64,000 nt of DNA from Aequorivita sp. (GCA_965219125.1 CBDCMO010000002.1:2086407-2150406), one strand, 5' to 3'. Positions 27,867 through 37,200 are shown, counted from the first letter of the stretch. Numbers and translations are program-made. Notes: a model not told the origin generated them from the sequence alone.

Positions 27867-29180
27867 TTATACTTCAAACCCCAAACTAACTCCAATTTTA
27901 TTTGCTATTAGCTTATTAATTCGCGCCTTTAACTCAGGAATTTTTACACTTTCTAAAACCGTATTTGCAAAGGCATACATTAAAAGTGCACGCGCTTCTT
28001 TTTTTCCAATACCACGAGAACGCAAGTAAAACATAGCATCTTCATCTAATTGACCAATGGTACAACCATGCGAGCATTTTACATCGTCTGCAAAAATCTC
28101 TAATTGTGGTTTGCTATTTATTGTGGCTTTATCATCAATAAGAATATTGTTGTTTTGTTGGAAGGCATCAATTTTCTGCGCATCTTTTTCAACTATAATT
28201 TTGCCATTAAAAACGCCAGTTGAAGCATCTGCATAAATACCTTTATAATCTTGATGACTCTCACAGTTTGGTGCAATATGATGTACCAAAGTGTTATGGT
28301 CTACATGTTGATTTTTTTCAAGAATGGTAACACCTTTTAGCGTAGAATCGCAATGGTCGCCGTTTTGATAGAAGTTAAGATTATTTCTAGTAAGATTTCC
28401 GCCAAAGGAAAAAGTATGCACACTACAATTGCTGTCCCTATCTTGTGAAATGTACGTATTATCAATTAACGAAGCGGTATCGCAATCATTTTGAATCTTG
28501 TAATAATCTACCATTGCGCGCTTTTCCGCAAAAATTTCAGTAACTGAATTGGTTAAAACTTCATTAGAAGAAAGACATTGGTGGCGTTCAATAATTTGAA
28601 CATGTGCGTTTTCCCCAACAACAATTAAATTTCTGGGTTGAAGCAATAATGCAGATTCATTTCCAGTAGTGAAGTTTACAATTTCTATAGGTTTATCAAC
28701 TTCTTTATTCTTCGGAATATTAATGTAAGCACCTTCTTTTGCAAAAGCAGTGTTCAGGCTTGTTAAGCTATCATCTTTGGCAACTTTATTAAAATAAGCT
28801 TCAATAACCGCCTTGTATTTAGGTTTGTTCAATGCTGAAGAAAGTAAACAAATATCAACACCTTCGTGAGTGGTTGCTGATAAAAACGAACTATAAACAC
28901 CATCAATAAATACAATTTTATAGGTATCTATATCGTGAAGAAAATATTTTTTTACATTTTTAAATTCAACAGAATTTTCTTTTGAAGGAAAAATGTTGTA
29001 ATCATTCTTCAACAAAGAATTAAGCGATGTATATTTCCAAGCTTCTTCTTTTTTTGAAGGAAAACCTTTGTCCTCAAAAGTCTTAATTGCCTTATTCCGA
29101 AGGTCATGAATTGGCGAATCTGCCTCAAGATGGTCTTCAAAAGCTATATATGATGATACTAATTTTTCTTTTAAACTCAT
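27867..29180 (-). CDS. sufD: Fe-S cluster assembly protein SufD
   Basis: 437-aa ORF between sufC and sufS. The C-terminal half (KPQLEIFADDVKCSHGCTIGQLDEDAMFYLRSRGI) is the SufB/SufD family core. Confidence 0.9.
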   Translation of the reverse strand: MSLKEKLVSSYIAFEDHLEADSPIHDLRNKAIKTFEDKGFPSKKEEAWKYTSLNSLLKNDYNIFPSKENSVEFKNVKKYFLHDIDTYKIVFIDGVYSSFLSATTHEGVDICLLSSALNKPKYKAVIEAYFNKVAKDDSLTSLNTAFAKEGAYINIPKNKEVDKPIEIVNFTTGNESALLLQPRNLIVVGENAHVQIIERHQCLSSNEVLTNSVTEIFAEKRAMVDYYKIQNDCDTASLIDNTYISQDRDSNCSVHTFSFGGNLTRNNLNFYQNGDHCDSTLKGVTILEKNQHVDHNTLVHHIAPNCESHQDYKGIYADASTGVFNGKIIVEKDAQKIDAFQQNNNILIDDKATINSKPQLEIFADDVKCSHGCTIGQLDEDAMFYLRSRGIGKKEARALLMYAFANTVLESVKIPELKARINKLIANKIGVSLGFEV

Positions 29181-29187
29181 TTTCTTT

Positions 29188-29277
29188 AATTATGAATTAT
29201 GAATTCAAAATTCAGAATTGAAAAAATCAAAGCTGAAAAAATTAAAATTCATAATTCCAAATTCATAATTCTGAATT
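29188..29277. repeat. inverted copies of 11-mer words AATTATGAATT / AATTCAGAATT
   Basis: Left arm: AATTATGAATT at 29188 and 29195, AATTCAGAATT at 29209. Right arm holds their exact complements: AATTCATAATT at 29246 and 29260, AATTCTGAATT at 29267. Located in the sufD-sufC spacer. Confidence 0.85.
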
Positions 29278-29280
29278 GTT

Positions 29281-30030
29281 TTAAACTAACTCCCCTTTTA
29301 TCCAATCGTAGCCCTTTTCTTCCAACTCGTGAGCCAATTCCTTACCGCCAGATTTTACGATTTTGCCGTTCATTAAAACGTGTACAAAATCTGGAACTAT
29401 ATAATCTAACAAACGTTGATAGTGGGTAATTACCACAACTGCGTTGTCTTTGGTTTTTAGTTTATTTACGCCATTGGCAACAACTTTAAGGGCGTCAATA
29501 TCCAAACCACTATCAGTTTCGTCTAGGATTGCAAGTTTTGGATCAAGCATTGCAAGTTGAAAAATCTCATTTCGTTTTTTCTCACCTCCGCTAAAACCTT
29601 CGTTTAATGAACGAGATAAAAATTTACGGTCAATTTCCAATAAATCAGCTTTTTCTTTAATCATTTTCAACATTTCACCTGCTGGCATATCTGGCATACC
29701 TTTAGCTTTTCTGTTTTCATTGATGGCTGTTTTTATAAAATTTGTAACCGATACGCCGGGAATTTCGACCGGATATTGAAATGATAGAAAAATGCCTTTA
29801 TGCGCTCTTTCCTCAGCATCCAATTCCTCAATGTTTTCACCGTCAAGATTTACGGAACCCTCGGTAACTTCAAAATTCTCGTTACCAGCAATTACTGACG
29901 CTAATGTGCTTTTGCCTGAGCCATTTGGCCCCATGATTGCGTGAACTTCTCCCGCATTTACTGTTAAGTTTATTCCTTTTAAAATATCTTTTCCTTCTAC
30001 ACTTGCGTGTAAGTTTTTAATTTGTAGCAT
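29281..30030 (-). CDS. sufC: Fe-S cluster assembly ATPase SufC
   Basis: Walker [10 protein letters not shown], signature FSGGEKKR, Walker [13 protein letters not shown]. Confidence 0.95.
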   Translation of the reverse strand: MLQIKNLHASVEGKDILKGINLTVNAGEVHAIMGPNGSGKSTLASVIAGNENFEVTEGSVNLDGENIEELDAEERAHKGIFLSFQYPVEIPGVSVTNFIKTAINENRKAKGMPDMPAGEMLKMIKEKADLLEIDRKFLSRSLNEGFSGGEKKRNEIFQLAMLDPKLAILDETDSGLDIDALKVVANGVNKLKTKDNAVVVITHYQRLLDYIVPDFVHVLMNGKIVKSGGKELAHELEEKGYDWIKGELV

Positions 30031-30400
30031 TTTCTTCTGTTTTCGGTGCTTTTAATTCTATATCAGTTACGGACGGTTTGTTAGCAATGTCCATAATTTC
30101 CTTTATTGTCAAATATTCTTCCCAACCTTCCTTTCCAGTTGTATTTGGGCCAACTTCACCTTTAACGGTAACTTGAACCATATCAAATTCGGTTTTTTGA
30201 ACTTCTTTGGTTTTTTTGCCCAATTCCTTTGCCACATCATTTACAACAACCCCAAAAATCCGGTTGCCGTTTTCTAAAATGGCACCTTCGTCTGTCATCA
30301 AAAAGTCGCCTGTAAAGGTTTCATATTTTGAGGTGTCTTCCTTTTGTTTACACGAAGAAAAGGTTGCTATAATTGCAAAAATGAAGAGTATTTTTTTCAT
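30017..30400 (-). CDS. hypothetical lipoprotein embedded between sufB and sufC
   Basis: 127-aa ORF with lipobox (IATFSSCK). No family recognised. Its 3' end overlaps the sufC start by 14 nt. Confidence 0.5.
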   Translation of the reverse strand: MKKILFIFAIIATFSSCKQKEDTSKYETFTGDFLMTDEGAILENGNRIFGVVVNDVAKELGKKTKEVQKTEFDMVQVTVKGEVGPNTTGKEGWEEYLTIKEIMDIANKPSVTDIELKAPKTEENATN

Positions 30401-30477
30401 ATTTATTTATTGTTTATTTAAATTTAAACAGTAAAGAGATAAGCTTGCTAACAAAGCTCGACCAAAAATTATTTACC

Positions 30478-31926
30478 TTATCCTACTGAACCTTCGAGTG
30501 AAATTTCCAATAGTTTTTGAGCTTCAACAGCAAATTCCATTGGCAACTTATTTAGTACTTCTTTGCTAAAACCATTCACAATTAATGCGATTGCCTTTTC
30601 AGTATTTATTCCTCTCTGGTTACAATAAAATATTTGATCTTCCCCAATTTTACTTGTTGTTGCTTCGTGTTCTATTTGTGCGGTTTTGTTCTTCACTTCA
30701 ATGTAAGGAAACGTGTGCGCGCCACATGCATTGCCCATAAGCAACGAATCGCATTGAGAGAAGTTCCTTGCGTTATCCGCGTTTGGACTAATTTTTACAA
30801 GTCCGCGGTAACTATTCTGCGATTTGCCAGCGCTAATACCTTTGCTAATAATTGTGCTTCGGGTATTTTTCCCTAAGTGGATCATTTTTGTACCCGTATC
30901 GGCTTGTTGGTAATTGTTTGTAACGGCGATACTGTAAAATTCGCCAATGCTGTTGTTGCCTTTTAAGATACAACTTGGGTATTTCCACGTAATTGCGCTT
31001 CCGGTTTCAACTTGTGTCCAGCTAATTTTTGCGTTTTTCTCGCACAAACCACGTTTTGTAACAAAATTGTAAACGCCGCCTTTACCATTTTTATCGCCAG
31101 GAAACCAGTTTTGTACGGTGCTATATTTTATTTCAGCGTTATCGAGCGCAATTAGTTCTACAACAGCTGCATGCAATTGGTTTTCATCTCTACTTGGCGC
31201 AGTACAACCTTCAAGATAGCTTACGTAACTACCTTCATCTGCAATTACCAATGTCCTTTCAAATTGACCTGTATTTGCTTGATTTATTCTGAAATAAGTT
31301 GAAAGTTCCATCGGGCAACGAACGCCTTTTGGAATATAACAGAAACTTCCATCGCTAAAAACAGCGCTGTTTAAAGCAGCATAAAAGTTGTCTCGTTGCG
31401 GAACAACAGAACCTAGGTATTTTTTTACAAGTTCGGGATGCTCTTTTATTGCTTCAGAAATAGGACAAAATATAATTCCTTTTTCTGAAAGTGTTTTTTT
31501 GAAAGTAGTTGCTACGGAAACGGAATCTATTACAATATCCATTGCAACGCCCGAAAGTTTTTTCTGCTCGTCTATTGAAATGCCAAGTTTTTTGAAGGTT
31601 TCCAGTAATTCTGGATCAACTTCATCTAAGCTATCATACTTTGGCTTGCTGTTTGGTGCTGAATAATAGGAGATGTTTTGAAACTCTGGTTTTTTGTATT
31701 TTACATTTGCCCATTCAGGTTCAACCATACTTTCCCAATATCTGAAAGCTTCCAAACGCCATTCCGTCATCCATTCCGGCTCTTCCTTCTTCATTGAAAT
31801 TGCGCGAACTACATCTTCATTTAGACCAATGGGAAATGTATCAGATTCTATATCGGTGTAAAATCCGTATTCGTATTCCTTTGTTTCAAGTTCTTTCTTT
31901 AAATCGTCTTCTGTGTATTTTGACAT
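30478..31926 (-). CDS. sufB: Fe-S cluster assembly scaffold SufB
   Basis: 482-aa ORF. Typical SufB N-terminus ([12 protein letters not shown]) and core ([21 protein letters not shown]...[18 protein letters not shown]). Confidence 0.95.
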   Translation of the reverse strand: MSKYTEDDLKKELETKEYEYGFYTDIESDTFPIGLNEDVVRAISMKKEEPEWMTEWRLEAFRYWESMVEPEWANVKYKKPEFQNISYYSAPNSKPKYDSLDEVDPELLETFKKLGISIDEQKKLSGVAMDIVIDSVSVATTFKKTLSEKGIIFCPISEAIKEHPELVKKYLGSVVPQRDNFYAALNSAVFSDGSFCYIPKGVRCPMELSTYFRINQANTGQFERTLVIADEGSYVSYLEGCTAPSRDENQLHAAVVELIALDNAEIKYSTVQNWFPGDKNGKGGVYNFVTKRGLCEKNAKISWTQVETGSAITWKYPSCILKGNNSIGEFYSIAVTNNYQQADTGTKMIHLGKNTRSTIISKGISAGKSQNSYRGLVKISPNADNARNFSQCDSLLMGNACGAHTFPYIEVKNKTAQIEHEATTSKIGEDQIFYCNQRGINTEKAIALIVNGFSKEVLNKLPMEFAVEAQKLLEISLEGSVG

Positions 31927-31953
31927 TCTTTTCTTTTCAAAATTTAATTGTCA

Positions 31954-32002
31954 GTTCGAACGCAGTAGAGAACTAAGTTTTAACCTCTCGACTGCGCTCG
32001 AG
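31954..32002. repeat. REP-like imperfect palindrome (copy A) between the A-type carrier gene and sufB
   Basis: GTTCGAACGCAGTAGAGAAC-N11-CTCTCGACTGCGCTCGAG. Within the arms, 13 of 15 positions pair. Same family as 60478-60522. Confidence 0.75.
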
Positions 32003-32024
32003 TAGATATTGTTGTTTGATGAAG

Positions 32025-32354
32025 TTATAGCGAAAAACTTTCCCCGCAACCACAAGTTCTATTAGCATTCGGATTTTGAAAAACAAAACCTTTACCATTT
32101 AAACCGCCGCTATATTCTAGGGTTGTTCCTACCAAATACAAAAAACTTTTTTTATCTACCGCTATTTTTACGTTGTCTTCTTCAAAAACCTTATCGTTTT
32201 CTTCGAGTTTATGGTCAAATTTTAAATCGTATGAAAGACCGGAACAACCTCCACTTTTTACACCAACGCGAACATAATCTATTGCAACATCATAACCTTC
32301 ATCCGCCATTAGCTGCGAAAGTCTTGTTTTTGCTGTTTGAGAAATCTTTATCAT
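32025..32354 (-). CDS. A-type Fe-S carrier (IscA/SufA/HesB family)
   Basis: 109-aa ORF. GGCSGLSY and the C-terminal CGCGESF cysteine ligands. Confidence 0.9.
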   Translation of the reverse strand: MIKISQTAKTRLSQLMADEGYDVAIDYVRVGVKSGGCSGLSYDLKFDHKLEENDKVFEEDNVKIAVDKKSFLYLVGTTLEYSGGLNGKGFVFQNPNANRTCGCGESFSL

Positions 32355-32384
32355 TCTAAATTGGAATTATTCTAAATTAGTGTG

Positions 32385-32392
32385 CAAATATA
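32385..32392 (-). promoter_or_regulatory. candidate -7 promoter box of the suf operon
   Basis: The minus strand reads TATATTTG (fits TAnnTTTG), 30 nt upstream of the carrier-gene ATG (32352-32354). No convincing -33 TTG. Confidence 0.35.
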
Positions 32393-32529
32393 CTCCAAAA
32401 ATGGCGTTAAACCTTACCTTAAACATTATTTTAAGAGATGTTGAAATAAGTTAAATTGATTACTAAATCCTTGAATATGAAGATAAATATTAAAAATGAA
32501 AAGGATAATTAGTAACAGCTAGTAAACAA

Positions 32530-33588
32530 TTAATTAAATTCTGAAAACCTACTGTCGAAAATAAAGTTATTGTCCGTCAGCGTTTTTAGGAAAGTGATTA
32601 TTTTAGTCTTTTCATCCTCCGAAAGTGGAATACCGATACTGCCGTCAGCTTGACGAAATTGAGGATCCAAAGTTGGGGAATCAACCATTCCGGTTGCGTA
32701 ATGGTTTAATACATCTTGCAATGTAGCCAACCTTCCATCGTGCATATATGGGTAAGTTGCTTCAATATTTCTAAGTGTTGGCACTTTAAATTTTCTGTTG
32801 TCTTCGGTTAAACCCGTTACACGTTCCCTTCCAATATCATTATATTGCGGATCTACCGCAAGCCCATTATTTTTGAAGGTTTGGTTTGTAAACAATGTGC
32901 CACCGTGACAACTTGCACATTTTTGATCGAAAATTACTTTACCTTCTGTTTCTGCTGCAGTAAGTGTTGTGCCGTCGTTTCTTAAAAATTTGTCATATTT
33001 TGAATCTGCCGAAATCATCATTAATAAAAACTGTGAAATAGCCTTCAACATTCTATCTGAAGTAATTTCGCCGCCATTAAATGCTTCACCAAACATTCTT
33101 ACATAGGTTTCATCTTGCTTTAACTTTATTAAAATTTCAGCGAAGCTTGAATTCATTTCCACCGGATTTGTAATAGGAATCATAGGTTGTAAATCTAAAT
33201 GATCTGCAGCGCCATCCCAAGTAAAATCGTCCATAAAGGCAAGGTTCATTAAAGGTTGTGCATTTCTTTTGCCCAAAGCTCCGTCAACTCCATGGCTTAC
33301 AATATGTGTGTGATGTGTAAATGAAAAATCTTGAATGTGGCAAAACCCACAGGAAATTACGCCGTCTGAAGCTAATCTACCGTCATAGAATAATCGTTTT
33401 CCAAGTTGAAAACCTTTCTCGGTAGGTGGATTGGTTGCAATATCATACGTTAATGAGGGAAAGTAACTTGGATAGTTAAAATCCAACAAATCATTTTCGG
33501 TTGTTATTGGCACATACGCTTCTTCTTTATCACTGCCGTTACAGCTAATAAGGGTTGAAAAAATTACTACATACCAAAAAACTTTCAT
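32530..33588 (-). CDS. diheme cytochrome c peroxidase / MauG family (MbnH-like)
   Basis: 352-aa ORF with signal/lipoprotein leader and two CxxCH heme motifs (CGFCH, CASCH). Starts 9 nt downstream of the MbnP-like gene. Confidence 0.85.
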   Translation of the reverse strand: MKVFWYVVIFSTLISCNGSDKEEAYVPITTENDLLDFNYPSYFPSLTYDIATNPPTEKGFQLGKRLFYDGRLASDGVISCGFCHIQDFSFTHHTHIVSHGVDGALGKRNAQPLMNLAFMDDFTWDGAADHLDLQPMIPITNPVEMNSSFAEILIKLKQDETYVRMFGEAFNGGEITSDRMLKAISQFLLMMISADSKYDKFLRNDGTTLTAAETEGKVIFDQKCASCHGGTLFTNQTFKNNGLAVDPQYNDIGRERVTGLTEDNRKFKVPTLRNIEATYPYMHDGRLATLQDVLNHYATGMVDSPTLDPQFRQADGSIGIPLSEDEKTKIITFLKTLTDNNFIFDSRFSEFN

Positions 33589-33597
33589 ATAATAATA

Positions 33598-34344
33598 TTA
33601 TTGATTTACAGAAAATGAAGCTTGAAAATTATTTATTAATCGCGGAGCATAAACCGGATCTACTTGAACATCAGATTTTTCGTCTAACGAATATGCAACA
33701 ACTCCGTCAAAAATTTTGGCTACATCCATATTTATTGATAGATTATTTGTTATTTCCGAAGAAATGTTCATTTCGCTTATTGGTATTGTAACTTCGCGAT
33801 AGTTGTCTTGATTAGTACCGTGGCTGCCAATATGAAGCACAAATGGCGCATCGCTGTGTGTTGGACCAGAGAAAGTACCTTCAAATTTTAAAAATTTGTA
33901 GCCTGCAGACCAGCTCCAAAGCATTCCGCTCTCATCTGCTGTTGGTATAAAATCGTTGGAACCGTTTAGTGGATAATTAGATTGGTCTACACCAATACCG
34001 AATCGCACTGTAGTGTAAGCACCGCCGCCAACATTTGTTAAGGCAATTCTTTTACTGTTTGCATTTGCTTCGTTAACCACAAAATAACTGTCAGCTTGCG
34101 GATAGGCAAACTCGTTGCCATTTGCATCTATAAATACTATATTGCTTATTATGTATTTCAATTCGGCAACTTTATAGGTTTCGCCGCTTTGGTTGGTATA
34201 TTCGGTATTCAAGACCAACGGATTATTCCCAACCTTGTTTTGAAAGGTTAAATTTACGCTGCCAGGTGTTGCGGCTGCAGTGTCATCATTTTTACAACTT
34301 ACTGCAACTAATAAAATAGCTATTACTAAAAATATTTTTTTCAT
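33598..34344 (-). CDS. MbnP-like copper-binding lipoprotein
   Basis: Lipobox (LVAVSCK). YKVAELKYIISNIVFID...FGIGVD...GMLWSWSAGYKFLKFEG...LHIGSHG matches my memory of the MbnP family. Pairing with a diheme peroxidase gene is canonical. Confidence 0.6.
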   Translation of the reverse strand: MKKIFLVIAILLVAVSCKNDDTAAATPGSVNLTFQNKVGNNPLVLNTEYTNQSGETYKVAELKYIISNIVFIDANGNEFAYPQADSYFVVNEANANSKRIALTNVGGGAYTTVRFGIGVDQSNYPLNGSNDFIPTADESGMLWSWSAGYKFLKFEGTFSGPTHSDAPFVLHIGSHGTNQDNYREVTIPISEMNISSEITNNLSINMDVAKIFDGVVAYSLDEKSDVQVDPVYAPRLINNFQASFSVNQ

Positions 34345-34360
34345 TTTTATTTCAATTAAG

Positions 34361-35773
34361 TTATTTCAATTTTATAATTAATAAATCTTTAATGCCACGG
34401 TTCTGTGGAATGTCTTGATTGTTACTTTCCGTATTTCCTACAATTACTATTTTATTATCCGAAGTGTACATTGCATCTTCAGCAAAGTCTAAACTTGAGC
34501 CACCAACTGTTTTCTGAAATTTTATAGCTCCAGTTTCATCAATTATATAAACCAATGCATCATTTTGACCTTTGTTTATTGTAAAATCGCCTGAATTACC
34601 TCTAGTGTTTCCAGCAATTACATATGTTCCATTTGAAGTTGCGTGAATACTTCTAGCCGATTCAAACTCTGGGCCGCCGTATGTTTTTTGCCAAATCTTT
34701 TCGCCTGTATCACTAAATTTTACTGCCCAAGCGTCTGCACTTCCTTTGGCATTTGTGACATCTTTGTCGTTACTGCGCGTGTCGCCAACAATAATATAAT
34801 TGCCGTCTGTAGTTTTTGTTAAGGCATAACCAACATCAATTTCAGATCCTCCAAAAGATTTTGTCCATAATTTATCGCCGTTTGCATTTAATCTTACTGC
34901 CCAAAAATCATAACTGCCTTTGTCATCCAAAATATCAAAATCATTACTTTCAGAAGCACCGACCATTAAATAGCCGCCATCTGCTGTTTGGAGCGCGTCA
35001 TAACTACGGTCGTTATTTGTGCCACCAAAATATCTCCGCCAGACTTTTTGTCCGTTCGCATCTAATTTTACTGCCCAATATTCTCCAACGCCATGATTTG
35101 TACCTCGCGTGTTGCCTGTATTATTATCCCCACCAAAATCATTTCCTTGTTGTCCGCTCGCGCTTACGTCTAAAAAGCCTGTTACAAAATAGCCGCGATC
35201 GGTGGTTTGAAATGCATCAAAAGCTTGGTCGCTACCCGAAAAACCGAAGTGATTTTCCCATTGTATTGCTCCTTCAGAATTTATTTTTACTACCCAATAA
35301 TCGTGAAAGCCTTCATTTCCGGAAAGAACATCACCGTCGTCACTTCTGCTATAACCAGAAAGTATATAACCTCCGTCGCTAGTTTTTTCAATTTTTGAAG
35401 CACGCTCATCACTGCTTCCGCCGTAGGTTTTACTCCAAAGTTTTTCGCCGGTTGGCGTTAGCTTCAACAGCCAAAAATCGCTATCGGTTGCGGTTTTATC
35501 TATAATATCGCCATCGTTACTTTGTGTTGAGCCAAATACCAAATAATTTCCGTCATTCGCCAAAATAACTGAAACTGCATCGTCTTCGTTGCTTCCTCCA
35601 AATGTTTTTACAAAATCTATATTACCTGCAAATCCTGTGTCTGTATTTGTTTCTTCTTCAACAGGCACGTTGGTTGCCGGATCGTCTTTTCCGCAAGCAA
35701 CGAAAAAATAGATTACAACTAATAATAATAAATAGGTATTGTATTTTTCTTTTTTTAAAAACATCATCAGCAA
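34361..35773 (-). CDS. lipoprotein with 7-8 tandem beta-propeller-like repeats
   Basis: Lipobox (FFVACGKDD). A ~50-aa repeat with consensus T.DGGY...G.T.S.DGD.....G..D.W..K....G...W.K..GG recurs (W.K.(Y/F)GG occurs seven times). Confidence 0.6.
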   Translation of the reverse strand: MLMMFLKKEKYNTYLLLLVVIYFFVACGKDDPATNVPVEEETNTDTGFAGNIDFVKTFGGSNEDDAVSVILANDGNYLVFGSTQSNDGDIIDKTATDSDFWLLKLTPTGEKLWSKTYGGSSDERASKIEKTSDGGYILSGYSRSDDGDVLSGNEGFHDYWVVKINSEGAIQWENHFGFSGSDQAFDAFQTTDRGYFVTGFLDVSASGQQGNDFGGDNNTGNTRGTNHGVGEYWAVKLDANGQKVWRRYFGGTNNDRSYDALQTADGGYLMVGASESNDFDILDDKGSYDFWAVRLNANGDKLWTKSFGGSEIDVGYALTKTTDGNYIIVGDTRSNDKDVTNAKGSADAWAVKFSDTGEKIWQKTYGGPEFESARSIHATSNGTYVIAGNTRGNSGDFTINKGQNDALVYIIDETGAIKFQKTVGGSSLDFAEDAMYTSDNKIVIVGNTESNNQDIPQNRGIKDLLIIKLK

Positions 35774-35790
35774 TTATCGTTCAGTTTAAT

Positions 35791-37200
35791 TTAATTAATT
35801 AATACTTTCTGGGTTGTATTATTATTAATTTTAATCAAATACATTCCTTTTGAAAGTGTTGAAATATCTACAATCTGTTCAATATTATCTGTAAAATCTT
35901 TATTCAACAATTGTTGTCCCAAAACATTATATAGTTGAAGATTGGTAATTGGCTCATTAACAGATTTAATATTCAATGTAGTTTTTGCTGGATTTGGATA
36001 AATTGAAAAACTATTATTCGATATATCATTTATGCCCAACGTTTCATCTCTTACCAAAAAGAAGCCCGAATTTATATCACTAATAATAATGTTACCACTT
36101 GGCAAATATGGATAAACGCTCCAAGCGCCATCAAAGTTCGCGGAATTGTTATTTGGGTATGTATCAAAAGATCCAACTTCAAGTATATTTTGGTTTGCAA
36201 TGTCGCTTATATCAAGCACGCGTAAACCGGCTCTGTAGTTTGCCATATAAAATTTGTTGCCCAACACATAACCGTTATGATCTATTGCGGCGGTTGGCCC
36301 AAAATATTGAAAAGAAAGTTCCGGATTTTCAAGATCTGTGAAGTCGAAAATAACAGTACGCGTGTTACCCCCAATATTTATTTCATCCAATTCGTCGCCC
36401 AATATAAAAAAACGTTCATCTTCAGTAAACCAGCCTTGGTGCGTATAACCAACATTGCTGTAACTAATTGTTGAAATAGGAAGCGGATTGGCCTTGTTAG
36501 TTACATCTACAATCGAGATTTCGGTTTCATTGCTGCCAATTAAAATTTCTTTGCCAGCATAATCAGCATCTGGACCAGTGTAGGTAACAACTTGGGCATC
36601 GTGACTGTAATCGTCTGCACTGAAACCACCTTCACCAATTGGATTAAGTGGATCTTGAATATTTATAAAATGTGGACCACCATTAAAAGTGCTTGTTCCA
36701 ACAGCATATGCGTAACCTGTATTTTCATTTATCACCAAATTATGGCAATGTCCAAAACCATCATAGTGGGAATCTTCATCAAAAATAACTGGGGGATTTG
36801 TAACATTTCGCAATCTTGTAAGATCGAAAATTTGCATGCCGTGACCATTAGCTTCACTCACCACAAAAGCATGATTTTGATAAACTTTTATATCCCTCCA
36901 AATACTTGGATCCGTCGCTGTAGGCATTTTACCAAGGTAAATTGGATTTACAGGATCTGAAATATCTATAAAAGCAGTTCCATTATCCAAGCCCAGCAAG
37001 GCATATTCTTTTCCCGTATCAGGATCTGCCCAGCCCCAAGAATCGTTTCCATCGCTTGCATTCATCTCGCCCAACGAAATTTGGGATTGTAGTAAATAAC
37101 CGTTACACGGATAGCCATCTGAAAAACCACCGATACACGGAGATTGGGCAAATGTTATAAAACTTGCAAAAATGGCAATTAAAGTAAAGTTGTTTTTCAT
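35791..37200 (-). CDS. choice-of-anchor-B / LVIVD-repeat beta-propeller protein with T9SS type A sorting domain
   Basis: Signal peptide (ITFAQS). PCNGYLLQSQISLGEM...GNDSWGWADPDTGKEYALLGLDNGTAFIDISDPVNP is as in choice-of-anchor B. C-terminal FSIYPNPAKTTLNIKS...LSKGMYLIKINNNTTQKVLIN is a type A CTD. Confidence 0.7.
   Translation of the reverse strand: MKNNFTLIAIFASFITFAQSPCIGGFSDGYPCNGYLLQSQISLGEMNASDGNDSWGWADPDTGKEYALLGLDNGTAFIDISDPVNPIYLGKMPTATDPSIWRDIKVYQNHAFVVSEANGHGMQIFDLTRLRNVTNPPVIFDEDSHYDGFGHCHNLVINENTGYAYAVGTSTFNGGPHFINIQDPLNPIGEGGFSADDYSHDAQVVTYTGPDADYAGKEILIGSNETEISIVDVTNKANPLPISTISYSNVGYTHQGWFTEDERFFILGDELDEINIGGNTRTVIFDFTDLENPELSFQYFGPTAAIDHNGYVLGNKFYMANYRAGLRVLDISDIANQNILEVGSFDTYPNNNSANFDGAWSVYPYLPSGNIIISDINSGFFLVRDETLGINDISNNSFSIYPNPAKTTLNIKSVNEPITNLQLYNVLGQQLLNKDFTDNIEQIVDISTLSKGMYLIKINNNTTQKVLIN

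Noticed and set aside
29199-29429. 76-aa ORF (MNSKFRIEKIKAEKIKIHNSKFIILN...) spanning the sufD-sufC spacer.
   Set aside because: It is an artefact of translating the AATTCAGAATT/AATTCATAATT word hairpin, and it runs antisense into sufC.
34816-35382. Long ORFs antisense to annotated genes. Examples: 34816-35382 (188 aa), 58090-58557 (155 aa), 7714-8148 (144 aa), 21159-21575 (138 aa), 16160-16549 (129 aa), 2431-2817 (128 aa), 36592-36960 (122 aa), 10766-11125 (119 aa), 1493-1837 (114 aa), 52872-53213 (113 aa).
   Set aside because: Each lies inside or substantially overlaps a gene on the opposite strand that has clear family motifs, except 10766-11125, which is an alternate frame on the same strand inside the OmpA-family gene. 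Their translations are low-complexity or Leu/Ser/Phe/Ile-rich, as expected for shadow frames of AT-rich coding DNA. None has a recognisable domain.
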